Shown one piece after another: positions 59,192 to 64,000 of a DNA stretch of 64,000 nt (position 1 is the first letter of the stretch; each line of letters opens with the position of its first letter). Where the stretch lies: NCBI GenBank assembly GCA_965203905.1, contig CBDBDQ010000005.1, positions 6,208,001 through 6,272,000 of the forward strand, given 5' to 3'. A program made the position numbers and the translations under genes. Below the pieces are notes generated by a model that ran no database searches, had not been told where the DNA came from, and saw only the letters and a list, made by a program, of their open reading frames with translations. This stretch comes from Spirochaetia bacterium (GTDB taxonomy: Bacteria; Spirochaetota; Spirochaetia; SZUA-6; Bin103).

Positions 59192-59974
59192 ATGATCGCG
59201 GTACACGATCTGCACATGCACTTCGGCGGCATCCGGGCCGTCGACGGGGCCTCGCTCAGCATCGAGAACGGTGCCATCACCGGCCTGATCGGGCCCAACG
59301 GCGCCGGCAAGACGACCCTGTTCAACGTCATCGCCGGCATGCACCGGCCGACCTCCGGCCACGTGTATCTGGAAGGCGAGGAGATCACCGGACTCCCCCC
59401 GCACGAGTTGTTCGCCAAGGGGGTGCTGCGTACCTTCCAGATCGCGCACGAGTTCTCGACGCTGACGGTGCGGGAGAACCTCATGACCGTGCCGGGCGGC
59501 CAGTCCGGCGAACGGCTGCGCAACGTGTGGCTGCGCCCCGGCAGGATCCGCGCCGAGGAGGCCGCGCTGCGCGCCAAGGCGGACGAGGTGATCGAGTTCC
59601 TGAAGCTCGACGCCGTGGCGGATGAGCTGGCCGGCAACCTGTCGGGCGGGCAGAAGAAGCTGGTCGAGCTCGGCCGCACCATGATGGCCGAGCCGCGCGT
59701 GGTGCTGCTCGACGAGGTCGGCGCCGGCGTCAACCGTACCCTGCTCAAGGAGATTTCCGGCGCCATCCTGCGCCTCAACCTGCATCGCGGGTACACGTTC
59801 TGCATCATCGAGCACGACATGGAGCTGATCTCCCTGCTGTGCGATCCGGTCATCGTGATGGTGGAGGGCAAGGTGCTGACCCAGGGTTCGGCCCCGGTGA
59901 TCCAGGCCGACGAACGGGTGGTGGAGGCCTATCTCGGCTCCGGGTCGGTGACCCGGCAAGGGCGGACCTCCTGA
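59192..59974 (+). CDS. livG: HAAT ABC ATP-binding protein (LivG-like)
   Basis: GPNGAGKT, RTFQ, LSGGQ, IEHDM, VVEAYLG. Confidence 0.92.
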   Translation: MIAVHDLHMHFGGIRAVDGASLSIENGAITGLIGPNGAGKTTLFNVIAGMHRPTSGHVYLEGEEITGLPPHELFAKGVLRTFQIAHEFSTLTVRENLMTVPGGQSGERLRNVWLRPGRIRAEEAALRAKADEVIEFLKLDAVADELAGNLSGGQKKLVELGRTMMAEPRVVLLDEVGAGVNRTLLKEISGAILRLNLHRGYTFCIIEHDMELISLLCDPVIVMVEGKVLTQGSAPVIQADERVVEAYLGSGSVTRQGRTS

Positions 59975-60675
59975 GCCTGCTGGTGGGCGAGGCGCTGACC
60001 GGAGGCTACGGCGGACCCGACATCCTGCGCGGCTGCTCCATCGCCGTGGATGCGGCCGAGATCGCCGTGGTGGTGGGACCCAATGGGGCCGGCAAGTCTA
60101 CCGCCATGAAGGCGTTGTTCGGACTGCTGCGGCTCCGCGCCGGCAGCGTGCGGCTGGATGGCGAGGAGATCACCGCGCTGGCTCCGCAGGCACGGGCGCG
60201 CAAGGGCATGGGTTTCGTGCCGCAGACCGAAAACGTGTTCCGCTCGCTCACCGTGCAGGAGAACCTGGAGATGGGGGCGTTCATCCGCGACGACGATATC
60301 TCCGGCACCCTGCAAGAGGTGTATCGCCTGTTTCCGGTGCTGCGGGAAAAGCGGCGCCAGGCGGCGGGCGAGCTGTCCGGGGGCCAGCGCCAGCAGGTGG
60401 CCATCGGGCGCGCGCTGATGAACCGGCCGCGGGTGCTGATGCTTGACGAGCCCACCGCCGGGGTGTCGCCGATCGTCACCAACGAGCTGTTCGAACGCAT
60501 CGTCGACATTGCCCGGAGCGGCGTCGCGGTCCTCATCGTCGAGCAGAACGCGCGCCAGGCGCTGGAACTGGCCGATACGGGGTTCGTGCTGGTGCAGGGC
60601 CGCAACCGCCACACCGGCCCGGGGGCGGAGCTGCTGGCCAACCCCGAGATCCGCCGTTCCTTTCTCGGAGGCTGA
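59971..60675 (+). CDS. livF: HAAT ABC ATP-binding protein (LivF-like); start uncertain
   Basis: GPNGAGKS, LSGGQRQ, DEPTAG, VEQN; start at CTG 59971 or GTG 59983. Confidence 0.9.
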   Translation: MSLLVGEALTGGYGGPDILRGCSIAVDAAEIAVVVGPNGAGKSTAMKALFGLLRLRAGSVRLDGEEITALAPQARARKGMGFVPQTENVFRSLTVQENLEMGAFIRDDDISGTLQEVYRLFPVLREKRRQAAGELSGGQRQQVAIGRALMNRPRVLMLDEPTAGVSPIVTNELFERIVDIARSGVAVLIVEQNARQALELADTGFVLVQGRNRHTGPGAELLANPEIRRSFLGG

Positions 60676-60678
60676 GCG

Positions 60679-61692
60679 GTGACCGACCTGGTCAATGCGG
60701 TGGTGCTGCTGGCCAACTTCGTGCTGGTGCCCGCCACCGTGTACGGCTGCCAGCTCGCGCTCGGCGCGCTGGGGGTCACGCTGGTGTACGGCGTGCTGCG
60801 GTTCTCCAACTTCGCGCACGGCGAGACCATGGCCTTCGGCACCATGGCCACCATCCTGGTAACCTGGCTGCTGCAGTCGGGGGAGGTCGGCTTCGGCCCC
60901 CTGCCGACCGCGCTGCTGGCCCTGCCCGCGGGGATGGTGGCCGGCGCCGGCCTGTGCCTGGTGACCGATCGCTGGGTGTACCGCTTCTACCGCAGCAAGA
61001 AGGCGGCGCCGGTGATCCTGATGGTGGCCTCGGTGGGAATCATGTTCGTGCTCAATGGGCTCATACGCTTTGTGATCGGCCCCGACGACCAGGTATTCAC
61101 CGACGGCACCCGGTTCGTGGTCAGCGTGCGCCAGTTCAAGGAAGCCACCGGGCTGCGCGAGGGCCTGGCGATCAAGACCACGCAGACTATCACGGTCGCG
61201 GTGACGGCGCTCCTGGTGCTGTGGCTGTTCTGGTTCCTCGGCAGGACTCGGACCGGCAAGTCGATGCGCGCCTACTCGGACAACGAGGACCTGGCGCTGC
61301 TCTCCGGCATCAATCCTGAGCGGGTGGTGGCGGTCACCTGGATCATCGTCGGCGCGCTCGCCGCGGTGGCCGGCACGCTCTACGGCCTGGACAAGAGCTT
61401 CAAGCCGTTCGTCTACCTGTCGCTGCTGCTGCCGATCTTCGCCGCCGCCATCGTCGGCGGCCTGGGCAGCCCGCTCGGCGCCATCGCGGGCGGCTTCGTG
61501 GTGGCATTCTCGGAGGTGCTGCTCACCTACCCCTACAAGAAGTTTCTCGGTTACCTGGGTCCCGAGGGCTGGCGCCCGGAGGGCCTGGTGCAGTTGCTCT
61601 CCACCGACTACAAGTTCGCCGTCTCGTTCGGCATCCTGGTCGTGGTGTTGCTGGTGCGGCCCACCGGCATCTTCGGCGGCAGGTCCACGTGA
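60679..61692 (+). CDS. livH: HAAT ABC permease (LivH-like)
   Basis: NFAHGE, GKSMRA, IVGGLGS. Confidence 0.92.
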   Translation: MTDLVNAVVLLANFVLVPATVYGCQLALGALGVTLVYGVLRFSNFAHGETMAFGTMATILVTWLLQSGEVGFGPLPTALLALPAGMVAGAGLCLVTDRWVYRFYRSKKAAPVILMVASVGIMFVLNGLIRFVIGPDDQVFTDGTRFVVSVRQFKEATGLREGLAIKTTQTITVAVTALLVLWLFWFLGRTRTGKSMRAYSDNEDLALLSGINPERVVAVTWIIVGALAAVAGTLYGLDKSFKPFVYLSLLLPIFAAAIVGGLGSPLGAIAGGFVVAFSEVLLTYPYKKFLGYLGPEGWRPEGLVQLLSTDYKFAVSFGILVVVLLVRPTGIFGGRST

Positions 61693-63023
61693 GGGGGCGA
61701 GACGGTGCGTGGCTGGCGCGGGTTCCCCGCAAGCCGGTCCTGTTCGCGGCAATGGCGGCGCTGGTCTGCCTGGTGGGCCTGGTGCAGAGCTGGTCGCTGG
61801 CCCTGGCGATCCTCAACCTGTGTCTGATCTCGGCGATCATGACGCTTGGCGTCAACATCCAGTGGGGCTACGCGGGCCTGTTCAACGCCGGCGTGATGGG
61901 CTTCGCCGCCCTCGGCGGGCTGGCTGGCGTCCTGGTCTCCATGCCGCCGGTGGCCGCAGCCTGGCGCGCGGGTGGCGGCGGCGTCGTGGTGGGGCTGGCG
62001 CTGGCGGCGCTCACCGTGCTCGCGGTGCTCTTCGTCCGCCGCCGTCTCGGCAAGCCGTGGCAACGGCGGCTGGCGGTGGCGTTGCTGGTGCTCGGCGGTG
62101 CCCTGGCGGCGCGCGCCGTGTTCGCGCCGGCGGTGCAGGCCGTCGAGGCGATCGATCCCACCGTCACCGGCTACCTGGGCGGTCTCGGCCTTCCCATCAT
62201 CCTGGCCTGGCTGGTGGGGGGCGCGTTCGCCGCCGGCGCAGCCTGGGTCTGCAAGATCAGCCTCAGCCTGCGTTCCGATTACCTGGCGATCGCCACCCTG
62301 GGCATCGCCGAGATCATCGTCGCCATCCTCAAGTACGAGGATTGGCTGACGCGCGGGGTGAAGAACGTCACCGGCCTGCCGCGGCCGGTTCCCTACGAGG
62401 TCGATCTGCAGAACGCGGCGTGGTTCCAGGAGTGGGCCGCGGCGCTCGGCGTACCGGAGGTGGTGCTGTCCTCTATCGTCGTCAAGCTCTGCTACGCGGG
62501 ACTGTTCCTGCTCGTGCTGGCAGTCCTGACCTTGCTGTCCGAGACCGCCTTGCGCTCGCCCTGGGGCCGCATGATGCGCGCCATCCGGGACAATGAGATC
62601 GCCGCCGGCGCGATGGGCAAGGACGTAACCGCGCGCCATCTGCAGGTGTTCGTGCTCGGCTCGGCGGTGATCGGCATCGCCGGTGCCATGCTGACCACGC
62701 TCGACGGCCAGTTCACCCCCGCCTCCTACCAGCCGATGCGCTTCACCTTTCTCATCTGGGTGATGGTGATCGTGGGCGGTTCGGGCAACAACTGGGGCGC
62801 CGTGCTCGGCGGCTTCCTGGTCTGGTACGTGTGGATCCAGGCCGAGCCCGTCGGCCTGCAACTGATGCAACTGGCCACCTCACCCCTGGAAGCGGAAAGC
62901 GCGCTCAAGGCCCACCTCCTGTCCAGCGCGCCCCACATGCGCCCCGTGGTGATGGGCCTGGTCCTGCTGCTGGTCCTGCGCTTCGCACCGCGCGGCCTGA
63001 TCCCCGAGGAGCGCCGCCAATAA
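61689..63023 (+). CDS. livM: HAAT ABC permease (LivM-like)
   Basis: WGYAGL, DYLAIATLG, SPWGR..RAIRDNE, PRGL. Confidence 0.92.
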   Translation: MRGRDGAWLARVPRKPVLFAAMAALVCLVGLVQSWSLALAILNLCLISAIMTLGVNIQWGYAGLFNAGVMGFAALGGLAGVLVSMPPVAAAWRAGGGGVVVGLALAALTVLAVLFVRRRLGKPWQRRLAVALLVLGGALAARAVFAPAVQAVEAIDPTVTGYLGGLGLPIILAWLVGGAFAAGAAWVCKISLSLRSDYLAIATLGIAEIIVAILKYEDWLTRGVKNVTGLPRPVPYEVDLQNAAWFQEWAAALGVPEVVLSSIVVKLCYAGLFLLVLAVLTLLSETALRSPWGRMMRAIRDNEIAAGAMGKDVTARHLQVFVLGSAVIGIAGAMLTTLDGQFTPASYQPMRFTFLIWVMVIVGGSGNNWGAVLGGFLVWYVWIQAEPVGLQLMQLATSPLEAESALKAHLLSSAPHMRPVVMGLVLLLVLRFAPRGLIPEERRQ

Positions 63024-63033
63024 GCGCGCGGCG

Positions 63034-63911
63034 TTACTCGAGCGCGTTCCAGCGCGAGGGCGCGATGCCGGCGCTGCTGCGGTCCAGGTCGTCGGGGCGG
63101 TTCCGGATGTCGTAGGCGATGCGGCGGGTGTTGGGATCCCGGAAAGGGGCCGCGCCGCCGGGGGCAGTGTCGCCAGTTTCTGTTCGTTCCACGGGGCGAC
63201 ATCCGCCATCGGTCCGGCCCAGGCGGGTCGGTAGGCAATCGCCAGCAGGCGCCGGTCGCGATCCGAGTAGTTGGGGAAGTTGCCGTGGAACACCCGCTGG
63301 TTGATGACCACCGCGGACCCCGCGCCGCAGGTCACCATCACCTCCTCCTCGTGGCGCAGGAAGCGGTGGTAGGGATTCGCGTCCGCGTGCAGCGACAGGT
63401 GTGAGCGCGGCACCACCTTGAACGGCGAGCACTCCGGGGTCAGGTCGTCCAGGTAGTAGAGCACCCGCATCAGCACCGGAGAGGTGGACAGGCCGCCGGC
63501 GACGCGGGAGCCGTACGGCTGGGCGTCGGTGTGGATCACGATGCCCGGGTGTCCGGGCTCGCAGACCTGGTAGTCGATCGAGGTGAACAGCACCTCGTCC
63601 CCGAACAGGCGCTCCAGAAAAGCGATCGTGGGCGGCAGGGCAATCGTCTCCAGCGTCTGCGGCAAGTCGCGGCCCAGCAGATCGCCGGCCGACTTCTTGT
63701 GCGGCGAGTAGTCGGTGGCGGTGAGCGGTACCGCGGCCAGCTCCGCGCCGACAGCGTGAATCCGCTCCGGCTGCAGGAGGTCGGGCAGCAACAGGTAGCC
63801 CTCCAGCTCCAGGTAGCGGATGCGCTCGCCGGCGGTCAGTGCACTCCAGTCGACGCCGGGCCGGCGCGCGCCGGCGATCTCACTGCGTTCGTTGGTGTTG
63901 CGGATGTCCAT
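63034..63911 (-). pseudogene. PhyH-family dioxygenase with a frameshift near the 3' end
   Basis: HTD, PRSH, FHG motifs. At about 63145 (CCCCTTT) the frame shifts; the other frame continues FRDPNTR...APSRWNALE* to 63034, which avoids overlap with livM. Confidence 0.7.
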
Positions 63912-64000
63912 GCAGCCAGCCCTCCCTGGGTGATGCGTCTCGATCCACGCGGTATGATTCCGCGCCGCTAGCAGCGCACGCAGCGCCAGTCGAGCGCATG

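Overview
A high-GC bacterial chromosomal window. A Spirochaetota-like, possibly host-associated organism is suggested by the stand-alone fliG, the lipoproteins and the gene content, but this is inference only. Contents in order: (1) cell-wall and DNA-repair housekeeping genes with decayed photolyase, AAA-ATPase and hipA fragments; (2) a complete nine-gene V/A-type ATP synthase operon whose K subunit has a Na+-type motif; (3) tRNA-Val(GAC), an RRM protein with a strongly structured leader, an orphan fliG and envelope-folding genes; (4) a 2561-aa lipoprotein built from ten near-identical beta-rich domains (plus one divergent copy) spaced at an almost constant 208-216 aa by sequence-variable Ala/Met-rich helices, followed by a hairpin and three tandem DnaA boxes; (5) a fucoside-utilisation cluster with two GH29 enzymes, an amidohydrolase-fold/Rieske pair and an ABC transporter; (6) a defence hotspot inside and after that transporter: ABC-ATPase/DUF4276, a cassette bounded by a 100-bp duplication of the permease 3' end, a coupled PLD-SNF2 helicase/N6-MTase/YhcG/DprA-like/AAA-nuclease operon, and a degenerate cyclase plus an ART-like/HEAT protein; (7) SDR, UxuA-like, a Liv-type ABC transporter and a frameshifted PhyH gene. 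All calls come from reading motifs by eye; no database searches were run.
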